A DNA stretch of 64,000 nt from an uncultured Gammaproteobacteria bacterium (GCA_964450885.1 CAYVFE010000001.1:65301-129300), one strand, 5' to 3'; shown: positions 1-10,762, counted from the stretch's first letter. Made by a program: numbers and translations. The notes: generated from the sequence alone by a model not told the origin.

Positions 1-7
1 ATCGAAA

Positions 8-655
8 ATGCACGATAACCATTTAGAAATCATTCCAGGGATTCTCGAAAAAGAATGGGAACCGATCGAGGAGAAGCTGAACAAGATAAAGACTTTCGCA
101 AAATCAGCACACATAGATATAATCGACGGAAAATTTGTAGACAATCTAACGTGGCTTGATCCCAAACCATTCAAACCTTTTTCGGACAATATTCTTCTCG
201 AGGCGCACCTGATGGTAGAAAATCCGATCGACTATCTAAAACCCCTGGCGGATTCTGGATTCAAAAGATTTATCGGACACATCGAGAAGATGGAAAGAAT
301 TGCAGATTTTGTCGCTCAAGGACAGGTGCTCGGAGAAGTAGGGCTGGCTTTAGATGGTCCTACGGATCTTGCGATAATTGAGGATATAAATCCAGACGAT
401 CTAGACTGCATACTTATTTATGCGTCAGAAAAGGTGGGATTTGCTGGCCCTCCTATGCTTCCCGAAAGACTTGAGAAAGTCAAAACACTGCGCAAAAAAA
501 GTGAAAATTTACCTATAGAGGTAGACGGCGGAGTAAAAGACCATTCTCTTCCTATGGCTATAGAGGCAGGAGCAACACGATTTGTTGCGACGAGTTTTAT
601 CTGGAATAGTGATAATCCCAAGGAATCTTACAAAAAACTGCTTGAACTTTTATAA
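8..655 (+). CDS. rpe: ribulose-phosphate 3-epimerase
   Basis: 215-aa ORF. Typical Rpe motifs (HLMV, DGG) and TIM-barrel-like length. Confidence 0.8.
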   Translation: MHDNHLEIIPGILEKEWEPIEEKLNKIKTFAKSAHIDIIDGKFVDNLTWLDPKPFKPFSDNILLEAHLMVENPIDYLKPLADSGFKRFIGHIEKMERIADFVAQGQVLGEVGLALDGPTDLAIIEDINPDDLDCILIYASEKVGFAGPPMLPERLEKVKTLRKKSENLPIEVDGGVKDHSLPMAIEAGATRFVATSFIWNSDNPKESYKKLLELL

Positions 656-1507
656 CTCCCTGCTATCGTAGATTTCTTTAGCGACTTTTCCTATGGAGTC
701 ATGCGCGATGTCCTCATCAACCACTCCCTGAGTCATAACGACTAAGACAAAGGGCCTCTTGCCATCATCGATAATCCCTCCATCGTGAACCATATTATCT
801 GCGTCACCAATCTTATGATAGACTGTTACATTTTCCAGATAGCGGGGTATTCTATCCTCAAATTCGGTATCCGACATATAGTCCATAAGTTCTTTCTTCA
901 ATGCCTCTGACATAATTTCATTCTTATAAAACTTGGAGAAAAGTTGACCAATGTCCTTGGGAGATGTCTCGTTAAAAACTATGCTTGTTGCCTCAAGCCC
1001 CAGTGAGTCGACAAATGCCTGAATATTATCTTCACCCAGACGTATAGTTAGTAGATGTATAGCTGTATTATCAGAATGCTTAAAAGCAAGTTCTGCGAGA
1101 TTTTTCAATGTATAAACTCCTCCGGGCTCCTCGTATCTTAGCTTTCCAGTTCCATAATCCTGAACGTCTTCGGAAAGAAGCGTTATCTTCTCCTCGAGAT
1201 CTATCTCGCGTTTGTCGGCAAGAGAGTAAAGATAAAATATTACAGGAATTTTATTTAGTGATGCAGCTGTAAGAATATTGTTATGATTCAATCCGAACAC
1301 CTCACCTGTCATAAGATCTTCATAATATATGCTGTAATTCCCCTCAAATCCTGACGTCATCGTCTTTACTCTGTCACGTATCTCGTCGGATGAAAGGTTT
1401 GAGGTTGCAGTCTTTTCGGTCATATTAAGTGTTGGTAAAAATTCCAACTGTCGGCCTAAAAGAATCAGGAAAAATGTATAGAAAAGAAATAGTATAAATT
1501 TTTTCAT
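650..1507 (-). CDS. class A beta-lactamase-like serine hydrolase (membrane-anchored)
   Basis: N-terminal hydrophobic anchor. SxxK-like motif (ASLNK), SDN loop (HSDNTAIHLL, compare TEM MSDNTAANLL) and a KTG-like HKIGD near the C-terminus. Confidence 0.55.
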   Translation of the reverse strand: MKKFILFLFYTFFLILLGRQLEFLPTLNMTEKTATSNLSSDEIRDRVKTMTSGFEGNYSIYYEDLMTGEVFGLNHNNILTAASLNKIPVIFYLYSLADKREIDLEEKITLLSEDVQDYGTGKLRYEEPGGVYTLKNLAELAFKHSDNTAIHLLTIRLGEDNIQAFVDSLGLEATSIVFNETSPKDIGQLFSKFYKNEIMSEALKKELMDYMSDTEFEDRIPRYLENVTVYHKIGDADNMVHDGGIIDDGKRPFVLVVMTQGVVDEDIAHDSIGKVAKEIYDSREL

Positions 1508-3027
1508 AAGCTCTCAACCCCCCTGGGTCTATATTGTAACGCTTCCAGTATATGCTCTTTCTGTATGTCTTTGGCATTAGATAAATCAGCGATCGTTCTG
1601 GCGACCTTTAGAACCTTATGGAACGAACGGGCTGATAGACCAAGCCTGTCTGAAGCTTTTTTCATAAGATCCTTAACTTCACTTGATAGTATAAGAAAGT
1701 TCTTGATATCTCTTGCACTCATCTGACCGTTCGTTAGTACCTTAACATCATTGAACCTGTTTTTTTGTAATTTCAACGCCTTATTTATCCTCATCCTGAC
1801 TGTTTTTGAATCCTCAACGTCTTCTTCGTTGACCAATTTTTCCGTCTTTACAGCGGGCACATCTACATGAATATCTATTCTATCAAGAAGTGGACCGGAG
1901 AGACGCTTTTGATACCGGAGTATTTGAGTCGATGTGCAGATGCACTCACGAGTACTGTCTCCCTGATATCCGCATGGGCACGGATTCGCAGCTGCCACCA
2001 GCATAAAATCCGCTGGAAATGAAATTCTTTGTTTGGCCCTTGCTATCGAGACGACTCCGTCTTCAAGTGGTTGACGGAGTGACTCCAGAACATTTCTGGA
2101 AAACTCCGGAAATTCATCCAAAAATAGGACTCCGCGGTGAGCAAGTGATATCTCCCCAGGCTTTGGGCTGGCAGATCCACCTATAAGTCCGACATAAGAA
2201 GTAGTGTGGTGAGGGCTTCTAAAAGGCCTTGTCACCATAAAGCTTCCTCCTCCCAAAAGTCCTGAAATGCTGTAGATTTTTGTAACCTCCAGCGCTTCAT
2301 CAAAAGACAAAGGGGGCAGGAGTGAGGGAATCGTCTTTGCGATAAGCGTCTTTCCGCTGCCAGGAGGGCCTTTTAATAGTATATTATGTCCTCCTGCAAC
2401 GGCGACCTCTATCGCGCGCTTCACAGACTCCTGACCCTTTATATCCTTTAGATCCGTCTCATAAGTGCTTTCATCCTGAAGGCTTTCAAAATCTACACTT
2501 TCAATTTTTGAAAGAGTTTTTTTGTTATCGAGGAAAAGAACCAAATCCTTTAGATTTTCGACTGGATAAATGTCGACCCCATTTACCATAGATGCTTCAA
2601 ATTCGTTGTCTTTTGGTATAAAGACTCTTTTCAATTTTAATTTTTTGGCAAGCAATATCGCTGGCAGAACCCCTCGAGTGAGTCTAAAACTTCCATTTAA
2701 AGAAAGCTCTCCTATAAAAAGGCTATCTCCTATCTCACCAGTTAGCTGCTCTGATGCAAAAAGCATGGAGACTGCGATCGGCATATCAAAACTACTACCT
2801 TCTTTCTGAAGATCCGAAGGCGCTAAATTTACAGTAACTCGTTTAACTGGAAAGTCGACTCCGCTATTTTTTATTGCCGATCTGACTCTCTCGCGGGATT
2901 CTTCAACGGCCTTATCGGGAAGACCAACTACTGTAAAGGAGGGAAGACCATTTAGGATATCTGTCTCGACCTCGACCAAAAACCCATCGACTCCTATGAC
3001 GCTTGAGGACATTACGCGGGACACCAT
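1504..3027 (-). CDS. comM: YifB/ComM family Mg-chelatase-like AAA+ ATPase
   Basis: 507 aa. N-terminal Lon-like domain, Walker A GPPGSGKT, ChlI-type C-terminus. Overlaps the downstream gene by 4 nt. Confidence 0.8.
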   Translation of the reverse strand: MVSRVMSSSVIGVDGFLVEVETDILNGLPSFTVVGLPDKAVEESRERVRSAIKNSGVDFPVKRVTVNLAPSDLQKEGSSFDMPIAVSMLFASEQLTGEIGDSLFIGELSLNGSFRLTRGVLPAILLAKKLKLKRVFIPKDNEFEASMVNGVDIYPVENLKDLVLFLDNKKTLSKIESVDFESLQDESTYETDLKDIKGQESVKRAIEVAVAGGHNILLKGPPGSGKTLIAKTIPSLLPPLSFDEALEVTKIYSISGLLGGGSFMVTRPFRSPHHTTSYVGLIGGSASPKPGEISLAHRGVLFLDEFPEFSRNVLESLRQPLEDGVVSIARAKQRISFPADFMLVAAANPCPCGYQGDSTRECICTSTQILRYQKRLSGPLLDRIDIHVDVPAVKTEKLVNEEDVEDSKTVRMRINKALKLQKNRFNDVKVLTNGQMSARDIKNFLILSSEVKDLMKKASDRLGLSARSFHKVLKVARTIADLSNAKDIQKEHILEALQYRPRGVESL

Positions 3028-3111
3028 ATATATCTAGTGTATTGCGTAATCGGCTCTTTTGCAAAACCGTACTGGCCCGAGCGTGGTACAATACTTTCAG
3101 TAAATTTACCT

Positions 3112-4890
3112 ATGGATCCAGTAGAAAAGATAAAGCAAAAAATTGATATCGCAGACCTCATCGGTGAATACGTTACACTTAAAAAAGCTGGCCAAAATTT
3201 CAAAGGCCTGTGTCCATTTCATGGTGAAAAAACTCCCTCCTTTGTAGTATCGCCCGAACGTCAGGTGTGGCACTGTTTTGGATGCCAAAAGGGTGGCGAC
3301 CACTTCTCATTCATAGAAGATATCGAGGGAATAGGCTTTGCGGAAAGCCTAAAACTTCTTGCTGAGAAAGCAGGGGTAAAATTGACATCAACGCCTTTTC
3401 GCGATCAGGCAGATGCAGAAAAAAATACTCTTTACGAAATAAACCATCTGGCGGCCCAATACTATAATTTTCTACTTACCCAGCACAAAGTAGGCAAAGG
3501 AGCTCTGGAGTATCTGACATTCGAGAGGGGAGTAAATGAAAAACTCCTGCAGACTTTTTCGCTTGGATATGCACCAAATAGCTTTGACGCGTTAACAACA
3601 TATCTTTTGAAAAAAAAGGGTTATGACAGAAAGCAAATCCTAAATGCAGGAGTCGTAACCGAGCGAAATGGCAGGCTTTTTGATTTTTTCAGAAACAGGA
3701 TAATTTTTCCCATACAGGATCCCCGCGGCAACATAATCGGTTTTTCAGGAAGGGTATTTGGAGAATCAAACGAAAATAGCCCCAAATATATAAACACCAG
3801 AGAAACGCTAATTTATAAAAAATCGTATTCACTTTTCGGGATAAATTTTACGAAAGATCATATCAAAAAAGAGGGTAAGGCAATCCTTATGGAGGGAGAA
3901 TTTGATGTTCTTTCCTCAATCGCCAACGGCATCTCAAATGTTGTCGCGATAAAAGGAACCGCTCTCACCGAAGAACAGATAAATCTACTAAAACGTTTTA
4001 CCAGAAAAATCGTATTCTGCTTTGACACAGATATCGCAGGAATTGAGGCCCAAAAAAGATCGATCCAGCTGATCGAGGCCGAGGGGATGGCATCCGGCGT
4101 TGTAATCCCACCCAATGGAAAAGATCCGGACGAGCTGCTGCGAACAAATCCTGCAGAATTCAAGATTGCGCTAAAGCATGAGAAAAGTGTTTATGACTTT
4201 GTCATAGATCAGGCTTTAAAGGAGGAGAACAGGAAAAGCGCTGAGGGTAAAAAAAATATCTTATCTAAAACTCTCCCGCTTATATCGTCAATCGAGAACG
4301 AGATCATAAAAGAACACTATATAAAAAAACTGGCAAATGCGATCGACTCATCATTTGAATCGGTTGCAGCTGAGATCGATAAGATCCCTCAACAAAGAGT
4401 TAAAACTGTCTCTGTTATCGCACATGTCGTAAAAAGCCGCGAAGAGGCTTTGGAACAGCACCTTTTGGGGCTGATTATCCAGTCAGATAATCCATATGAA
4501 TCACTCGTTCTATCAGAAAGCCTCATAAAACCAGAACATTTCCAGACCGGTGCATACAAAAAGGTCTTTGAAAAGCTAAGTGAATACTTCAAACACCAGA
4601 ACTCATTTGACGCCAAAGCCTTTGGCGAAAGTCTTTCCGACGAACTATCCCACGCATTCGACCTGGCCTACCTTAAACCTCTTCCAAAATTCGAGTCAAA
4701 TATAGCCCGCACCAAAGAGCTTGAACGCACTATCTATGAGACTATAAAACTGTCGTTAAAAAGAAAACTTAGGGAAATTTCCGAAAAGATGAAAAATCTC
4801 GATGATGAAAAAGATGAAGATGAAACACAAAAGCTTCAAAAAAGATTCGCCGAGACAGCAGATGAGCTCAAAAGGATCTCTTCATTATAG
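3112..4890 (+). CDS. dnaG: DNA primase
   Basis: CHC2 zinc finger (CPFHGEKTPSF...HCFGCQKGGD) and TOPRIM region. The start is moved to ATG 3112 (MDPVEK); the ORF track begins earlier at 3037. Confidence 0.85.
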   Translation: MDPVEKIKQKIDIADLIGEYVTLKKAGQNFKGLCPFHGEKTPSFVVSPERQVWHCFGCQKGGDHFSFIEDIEGIGFAESLKLLAEKAGVKLTSTPFRDQADAEKNTLYEINHLAAQYYNFLLTQHKVGKGALEYLTFERGVNEKLLQTFSLGYAPNSFDALTTYLLKKKGYDRKQILNAGVVTERNGRLFDFFRNRIIFPIQDPRGNIIGFSGRVFGESNENSPKYINTRETLIYKKSYSLFGINFTKDHIKKEGKAILMEGEFDVLSSIANGISNVVAIKGTALTEEQINLLKRFTRKIVFCFDTDIAGIEAQKRSIQLIEAEGMASGVVIPPNGKDPDELLRTNPAEFKIALKHEKSVYDFVIDQALKEENRKSAEGKKNILSKTLPLISSIENEIIKEHYIKKLANAIDSSFESVAAEIDKIPQQRVKTVSVIAHVVKSREEALEQHLLGLIIQSDNPYESLVLSESLIKPEHFQTGAYKKVFEKLSEYFKHQNSFDAKAFGESLSDELSHAFDLAYLKPLPKFESNIARTKELERTIYETIKLSLKRKLREISEKMKNLDDEKDEDETQKLQKRFAETADELKRISSL

Positions 4891-4989
4891 CAATCCCGTG
4901 CTTTGATTTCTTGCGGATTCAGCCTAAATAAGGTACAATAGGTCACAATCCTTAGCAGCGGTATTTTTTATGGAAAAAATTCTGCGCTA

Positions 4990-6090
4990 ATGTATACCAC
5001 TATGAGAGCAGGAGCCATCAAAAACGAACAGGTAGAGGAACTTTTAAAGGACGCCAAGAAAAAAGGCTACATCACCCAGGACGAAATCCTAAAAAAATTC
5101 ACCAAACCGGAAAATCATATAGATGATCTCGATTATCTTTATGATCAGCTGATCCGCAAAAACATCGATATTTTTGAGAGCGTAGATCAGGAGAAAGAGG
5201 CGAAGCGCTCTATTGAGGACCTTGAGAAAGAACTTGAGTCACTAAATCTTCTAAGTAGTGCAGCAGTCTCTGATCCGGTCAGGATGTATCTGAAAGAAAT
5301 TGGTCGAATCCCACTTCTGACATTTGATGAAGAAGTCGATCTGGCAAAGCGCATTGAAAACGGCGAAGAGGCCGCGCGCAAAAAGTTAGTTGAATCTAAT
5401 TTGAGGCTTGTCGTATCTATCGCGAAAAAATATGTGGGGAGAGGCATGACACTACTTGACCTTATCCAAGAGGGTAATCAGGGGCTAATCCGCGCGGTCG
5501 AAAAATATGACTGGAAAAAAGGGTTTAAGTTTTCAACATATGCTACGTGGTGGATCCGCCAAGCGATAACACGTGCCATAGCAGATCAGGCAAGAACTAT
5601 CCGTATTCCAGTTCATATGGTCGAGAATATCAACCGCTTCATGAGGGTGCAGCGCCGTCTCATGCAGGAACTTGGCCGCCAACCTACACCTGAGGAAATT
5701 GCAGTTGAACTTGAAATCGAGCCAGATAAGGCCAGGGAAATTATCAAAATCTCACAGCAACCAGCATCTCTGGATACCCCCGTCGGAGACGAAGAAGACT
5801 CGTATCTTGGAGACTTTATCTATGACGTCACAGCTCCAACACTTTTTGATACCGCATCACGCGGACTACTCAAAGAGCAACTTGGATCAGTTCTAGGAAC
5901 ACTTTCTGATAGAGAGAAAAGGGTTCTGGAGGAAAGATTTGGACTAAGAGATGGCAAACCAAAAACACTTGAAGAGGTAGGAAAGATGTTTGCAGTAACA
6001 CGTGAGAGAATCAGACAAATTGAAGCAAAAGCGCTTCGAAAACTTCGCCATCCTTCACGCGGTAACAAACTAAAAGATTACCTAGAATAG
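4990..6090 (+). CDS. rpoD: RNA polymerase sigma-70 factor
   Basis: Regions 2-4 are conserved ([14 protein letters not shown], region 4 HTH). Classic dnaG-rpoD synteny. Confidence 0.85.
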   Translation: MYTTMRAGAIKNEQVEELLKDAKKKGYITQDEILKKFTKPENHIDDLDYLYDQLIRKNIDIFESVDQEKEAKRSIEDLEKELESLNLLSSAAVSDPVRMYLKEIGRIPLLTFDEEVDLAKRIENGEEAARKKLVESNLRLVVSIAKKYVGRGMTLLDLIQEGNQGLIRAVEKYDWKKGFKFSTYATWWIRQAITRAIADQARTIRIPVHMVENINRFMRVQRRLMQELGRQPTPEEIAVELEIEPDKAREIIKISQQPASLDTPVGDEEDSYLGDFIYDVTAPTLFDTASRGLLKEQLGSVLGTLSDREKRVLEERFGLRDGKPKTLEEVGKMFAVTRERIRQIEAKALRKLRHPSRGNKLKDYLE

Positions 6091-6174
6091 GCTACTTATA
6101 ATTCACAAGAAACGTAATAAATACGCTAAGCTAAATAGATAAATAATCGAACTCAGAAAAATAGCTTCAACTAT

Positions 6175-6384
6175 TTATTTTTTCTTCTTACCACCTGTTG
6201 TTGAGTAGACATAGATACCGTAAACAGTAGAAAGTCCTACAAGAATGTAAACGATATTCGTAAGTCCTAATCCTCCAACCAGCATCTCGACCAGATTAAA
6301 ATCTCCGCCGAATAAACCTATGAGACCCCAATTCAGACCTCCAACCCAAACAAGTAGCATCGCGATCGTGTTAAGTGTTTTCAT
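6175..6384 (-). CDS. DUF378-like small membrane protein
   Basis: 69 aa with two TM segments and an NWGLIG motif typical of DUF378. Confidence 0.5.
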   Translation of the reverse strand: MKTLNTIAMLLVWVGGLNWGLIGLFGGDFNLVEMLVGGLGLTNIVYILVGLSTVYGIYVYSTTGGKKKK

Positions 6385-6540
6385 AAATTCTCACCTCCTT
6401 TCTATCTATATTTAGTAAGGCAGAGTTCGGATGTGCAGTCAAGAGACATTAACTGTGACGAAATGTATACATCTAATCAGAGGCTTTGCAAGTTCAAAAT
6501 AATTTTGTATAATGTGGTACTTAAGTGAAGCTTAGGATAT

Positions 6541-6612
6541 TCCCCTGTAGCTCAATGGTAGAGCAGGAAGCTGTTAACTTCAAGGTTTGAGGTTCGAATC
6601 CTCACGGGGGAG
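6541..6612 (+). tRNA. tRNA-Asn (anticodon GUU)
   Basis: Hand-folded cloverleaf: acceptor TCCCCTG/CGGGGGA, D arm GCTC/GAGC, anticodon loop CTGTTAA, T arm TGAGG-TTCGAAT-CCTCA. A TTGCAA-16-TATAAT promoter lies upstream. Confidence 0.75.
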
Positions 6613-6696
6613 CAATAGAAACTCTGACTTAAGCCTAAGGAATTTCTTACAAAAAACTAATACTAGAAGGTTTTACGATATGTTAGAATAAATAAC

Positions 6697-7197
6697 ATGA
6701 GTAGACTTATTACATGCATCTGGTTTGCCAATAATAATGGCGAAGAGGCAGCAAATTACTACATAGATACTTTCAATGCAGCCCCTGGCGAGCACAGCGC
6801 AAAAATAGGAGACATTACAAAAACACCTAAAGCATCCGAAGAAATTTCGGGTAGGCCTGAAGGGTCTATTATGACAGCTGAATGTGAGCTTGATGGAATT
6901 AGCTTTATGTTTTTAAATGGTGGGCCTGTTGAGCAATTCAAGCTTAATGGCGCGACATCTTACATTATCGAATGTGAAACACAAGAAGAGATCGACTACT
7001 TCTGGGAAAAACTCTCTGCGGTTCCCGAAGCCGAGCAGTGTGGATGGTGCACAGATAAATTTGGTGTCACATGGCAAGTAGCACCAAGGATTTTGGATGA
7101 AATGATGCGCGATCCTGAAAAAGCTGAGGCGGTAACCGCTGTATTTATGCCAATGAAAAAACTAGACCTTGAAGCAATCAGAAAAGCCGGCGAATAA
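6697..7197 (+). CDS. VOC/PhnB-like protein (3-demethylubiquinone-9 3-methyltransferase-type domain)
   Basis: 166 aa with a CGWCxDKFGVxWQV motif characteristic of the PhnB-like glyoxalase-fold family. Confidence 0.6.
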   Translation: MSRLITCIWFANNNGEEAANYYIDTFNAAPGEHSAKIGDITKTPKASEEISGRPEGSIMTAECELDGISFMFLNGGPVEQFKLNGATSYIIECETQEEIDYFWEKLSAVPEAEQCGWCTDKFGVTWQVAPRILDEMMRDPEKAEAVTAVFMPMKKLDLEAIRKAGE

Positions 7198-7336
7198 AGC
7201 CTGAATAGGCATTGAGTGGATGAGTGAATTTTCTCCTACTAAATGAGATCGTCTAGAAATAAATTCTGACATTTCCTAACAGACAGAACACTTTTTGTTT
7301 CCTTTTGATTTCTTCGAATTTTGATATAATAGCCTC

Positions 7337-7648
7337 ATGACTAAAGACATTTCAAGCGGTGTAGCACACAAGATCCCGGCTGACTTGCGGGAAGCTTTAA
7401 CTTCTGACCCAAAAGCGCTTAGCTTATGGGAGAGTCTCACTCCTCTTGCGCGCAATGAATGGATATGCTGGATCACTTTTGTCAAGAAAGACGAGACTCG
7501 ACGCGAACATGTCAAAAGGACGATCAGTGAGCTAAAGGAGGGGATGCGCAGGCCATGTTGCTGGCTAGGCTGCACCCATCGCAAAGACAAGGCTGTAAGC
7601 CCTTCGGTGCAATCAATTCTGAACAGGCGAGCTCCAAGCATGAAGTGA
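7337..7648 (+). CDS. YdeI/OmpD-associated family protein
   Basis: 103 aa. Pattern resembles the YdeI bacteriocin-protection family. Confidence 0.45.
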   Translation: MTKDISSGVAHKIPADLREALTSDPKALSLWESLTPLARNEWICWITFVKKDETRREHVKRTISELKEGMRRPCCWLGCTHRKDKAVSPSVQSILNRRAPSMK

Positions 7649-7649
7649 T

Positions 7650-8012
7650 ATGAAAGAAGAGAAAAAAACAGACTCAAAGGACTGGCAGGGAAAAATGATG
7701 TCACGGATCAGAAAACTTGTCAAATCAGCAGACCCCGAGATAGTCGAGGAAGTAAAATACAAAACCCCCACAAATCCTGCCGGAGTTTTTGTCTGGTATC
7801 GCGATGGAATGATCTCCACCGGTGAGAGTTATAAAAAACACCTGAGGCTGGCTTTCTCGAAAGGACCAGCACTTAAGGACCATGATCCAAAAGGACTCAT
7901 CAATAGTTATCGCGCGATTATCATTCATGAAGACGACGAGATCGACGAGAAGGCCTTTAAAGACCTCGTCCGCGCTGCAGTAAAACTAAATAGTAAGGGC
8001 AAAAAATCATAA
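7650..8012 (+). CDS. DUF1801 domain protein
   Basis: 120 aa, YdhG-like pattern. The start overlaps the preceding stop. Confidence 0.45.
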   Translation: MKEEKKTDSKDWQGKMMSRIRKLVKSADPEIVEEVKYKTPTNPAGVFVWYRDGMISTGESYKKHLRLAFSKGPALKDHDPKGLINSYRAIIIHEDDEIDEKAFKDLVRAAVKLNSKGKKS

Positions 8013-8377
8013 TGACAAAGCATCGCATCTACACAATGAGCTTTGCACGTGTCTATCCTCTGTATATTGCAAAAGCAGAAAGAAAAGGACGTACAAAAAT
8101 AGAAGTTGATGAAATCATCCGCTGGCTAACTGGTTATAGTAAGGAATATCTAAAAACTCAGATAGAAAAAAGAACAGACCTTGAGACCTTTTTTGCAAAA
8201 GCACCTAAACCTAATCCTTCTCGGAAATTAATTACGGGGATAGTCTGCGGCGTTAGGGTGGAAGATATTAAGGAACCGGTTATGCAGGAAATCCGCTATC
8301 TGGACAAACTGATAGATGAACTGGCAGCTGGTAAAGCAATGGAGAAAATCTTACGACGAGAAGCATCATCTTCCTAG
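8012..8377 (+). CDS. DUF2200-like protein
   Basis: 121 aa in the conserved small-protein pattern. The start overlaps the upstream stop. Confidence 0.4.
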   Translation: MTKHRIYTMSFARVYPLYIAKAERKGRTKIEVDEIIRWLTGYSKEYLKTQIEKRTDLETFFAKAPKPNPSRKLITGIVCGVRVEDIKEPVMQEIRYLDKLIDELAAGKAMEKILRREASSS

Positions 8378-8486
8378 TCTTTTTCATACTCTACCATTAG
8401 AATGAGGGTAACATAGTTTTCATTCCTTAGATCAAAAGCTTAAATTCTCGCATAATAGGCTCTGGTATTTTATAATAGGCAAAACC

Positions 8487-8777
8487 ATGACAGAACTGTT
8501 CCGGTCTCCCGAAGAATTTCTTAAGGGTTCTATCCAGACTTTTTTTGACAATAATATCTACTCGGGTTTTTCGCGTCCATTTCAATTAGACAGACTTGAA
8601 AAAGATGAGACCGTTACGCAGGTGAGACCAGGCAGTAATGCCTACAATTCATTATTAGTCGGAAACTGGGAAGAAATGATTAGCAAATCTGATAATGCAT
8701 GGGCAAAGGGACTCTATAACCTAGGAATGCAATTTGAGATGGAATTGCGTCTTCCATATTGGTATTTCGAAAAGTAG
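8487..8777 (+). CDS. hypothetical protein
   Basis: 96-aa ORF with no recognisable domain. Confidence 0.3.
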   Translation: MTELFRSPEEFLKGSIQTFFDNNIYSGFSRPFQLDRLEKDETVTQVRPGSNAYNSLLVGNWEEMISKSDNAWAKGLYNLGMQFEMELRLPYWYFEK

Positions 8778-8791
8778 TGTATAATACGCGT

Positions 8792-8917
8792 ATGGCAAAA
8801 AGACCAACAGGTGTCGGAAAGAGAAAAAAAATCCGATCCCCCAAAACAAAAAAGCGTCTTGAGATAAAACGCGAGATGTTAGCTGAAAAAGCTAAAAAGC
8901 GCGGCGGAAAAAAATAG
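8792..8917 (+). CDS. small highly basic protein (41 aa), possibly leaderless
   Basis: ORF MAKRPTGVGKRKKIRSPKTKKRLEIKREMLAEKAKKRGGKK, missing from the ORF track because it is under 60 aa. A TATAAT at 8780-8785 ends 6 nt before the ATG. Confidence 0.3.
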   Translation: MAKRPTGVGKRKKIRSPKTKKRLEIKREMLAEKAKKRGGKK

Positions 8918-8924
8918 CATATTC

Positions 8925-9728
8925 CTAGACGTAGGGAAGCGACCCCAAAGCTGAATATTTCTCATTTAGATCAGATAGTGTTTTCATGTCTTTATTTGAT
9001 AGCTCAAAATCAAATACATCTATGTCTTCCTTTAGATGATCTTTCTCGTCAGCTTTCGTGATTGGAATCACGCCTTGCTGCAGATTCCAACGTATCATAA
9101 CCTGAGCAGGAGACTTTCCATATTTGTCTGCTATTTGCTTTAATGTTTTGTTATTTAGCCTTTCTCCCCTAGTCAAAGGGCTATATGCCTGAATCAATAT
9201 TCTTTTATCCTGTGAATACGCTAGCATATCCATATCGTGACCAAAGGGACTCCATTCGATCTGATTTACGACTGGAGTTTCATTTGTCCTTTTTATCAAT
9301 TCATCAATCAGCTTTGCGGAATAATTGCTTACTCCGATATCACGAGTCAGGCCATCGTTGCGCGCTTTAATGAGATCCTCCCATAGCCTTACCCCAGCAC
9401 CATTTTTAGGTGGCCTATGAATAAGCATGAGGTCTGCATAATCGAGCTCTAGCTCCTTTAGGTTGGACTTCACGCGATCGTATGCAGCATCTGTCTCTTC
9501 GACTTTTGTCACCAAGTAGAAATCGTCTCTTTTGATTCCGCTACTTTTAATACCTTCAGCGATCCCAGGCTGACTGCCATAATCCGAAGAAGTATCTATC
9601 ATGGGGTAACCTAGATGTAGGGCATACTCGATCACTGCGGCAGTATCATTCATGACCTCCCAGCTCCCCAGACCGAGAACCGGGATTTCTCTTCCCGTAT
9701 GCAGCGCCAATGTAGACCTCTTATTCAT
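8925..9728 (-). CDS. aldo/keto reductase
   Basis: 267-aa AKR fold: GLGSW N-terminus and an LMLIHRP signature. Confidence 0.8.
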   Translation of the reverse strand: MNKRSTLALHTGREIPVLGLGSWEVMNDTAAVIEYALHLGYPMIDTSSDYGSQPGIAEGIKSSGIKRDDFYLVTKVEETDAAYDRVKSNLKELELDYADLMLIHRPPKNGAGVRLWEDLIKARNDGLTRDIGVSNYSAKLIDELIKRTNETPVVNQIEWSPFGHDMDMLAYSQDKRILIQAYSPLTRGERLNNKTLKQIADKYGKSPAQVMIRWNLQQGVIPITKADEKDHLKEDIDVFDFELSNKDMKTLSDLNEKYSALGSLPYV

Positions 9729-9824
9729 AACCCTAACTATAAAGCGAGTATATGTGCTGCAAAATAAATTAGGGTAAGAAGCCTGTAAAGCGCATCGAAA
9801 TAAAATTGACCAAAGCCTATACTG

Positions 9825-10760
9825 CTATAAATGACTATTTGGAGAATGTGGGGCCTGCAAAAAGGTCTGTCTCAGATCTACTCTATAAAATGGCCTCGTA
9901 TTTAGATTAAAATCTTCTTTCCATCCAAATGCTCCCGAGCCAGCATCATAAGTCTTCATGCCTTTTTTGATCGCATAATCAATTTTTAAAAGGGTAATAT
10001 ATTTACCTAAATTCTTTACCTTTGGATTGTACCCAGCATTGATTCCATAACAAATATCCTTGTAGGTCACCAAAAATCCAACTCCCTCTTTCTTTCCACC
10101 TATAGAGACAGTTATTATGTCCGAGTCAAATTTCTCCGCTACCTCGCGGTAAAAATCATGCCAGTGAGGTCTTTCAAAAAAACTTGAATGGTTTTTGAAC
10201 CTAACCTTATTCCACTTTTCCAGAATATCCAGATCTTCCATATTTCCATGAGAAATGACCACATCTGCCTGACTAAAAATCTTTCTTATCTGGTATTCAA
10301 TATTTCTCCTGCTTTCACCATGAAGATATTGATGTAAAAAATCCTCGTAGTTGATCAGTCCCTTAAGATCTATAAAATAATTGTAGTCGTGAATCTCAGA
10401 CTCGCTCAATTCTGCTGATCCATTCATATATTCAAGAAGTGCTGGCCTATTGATCGAATCCAAAAAATTCTCTCTATAACTCTCATAACCAGACTTTAGA
10501 AAAATAGCGTTGTCTTCCATATATTCGAATCCAGCGAAAAAATCGAGATAATTTTTCTCCTTGTCCAGCATCAAAGGCAAAAGCCCCACAGGCTCATCGT
10601 TTTCATAAGCTGTAATAAAAAATATTGGGTAGTTAAAGTACTTGTAGTATGCGTATCTAAAATCCCATTCATCATATAAAACTTTTCTAGGCGATAGGAG
10701 ATCCCAAACTTTTTTTGCTTCTTTTATATCGGTAACCGTTCTAAAAATTATCTTTTTCAT
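9825..10760 (-). CDS. GNAT-fold FemAB/CelD-like aminoacyl- or acyl-transferase (putative)
   Basis: 311 aa. Architecture resembles BioF2/FemAB-like acetyltransferase domains. Translationally coupled to the upstream ATP-grasp gene (2-nt gap). Confidence 0.35.
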   Translation of the reverse strand: MKKIIFRTVTDIKEAKKVWDLLSPRKVLYDEWDFRYAYYKYFNYPIFFITAYENDEPVGLLPLMLDKEKNYLDFFAGFEYMEDNAIFLKSGYESYRENFLDSINRPALLEYMNGSAELSESEIHDYNYFIDLKGLINYEDFLHQYLHGESRRNIEYQIRKIFSQADVVISHGNMEDLDILEKWNKVRFKNHSSFFERPHWHDFYREVAEKFDSDIITVSIGGKKEGVGFLVTYKDICYGINAGYNPKVKNLGKYITLLKIDYAIKKGMKTYDAGSGAFGWKEDFNLNTRPFYRVDLRQTFLQAPHSPNSHL

Positions 10761-10762
10761 TT

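Noticed and set aside
3037-3111. N-terminal extension of dnaG in the ORF track
   Set aside because: The extended frame (MYCVIGSFAKPYW...) overlaps the comM promoter region and is not DnaG-like. The conserved protein begins at MDPVEK (3112).
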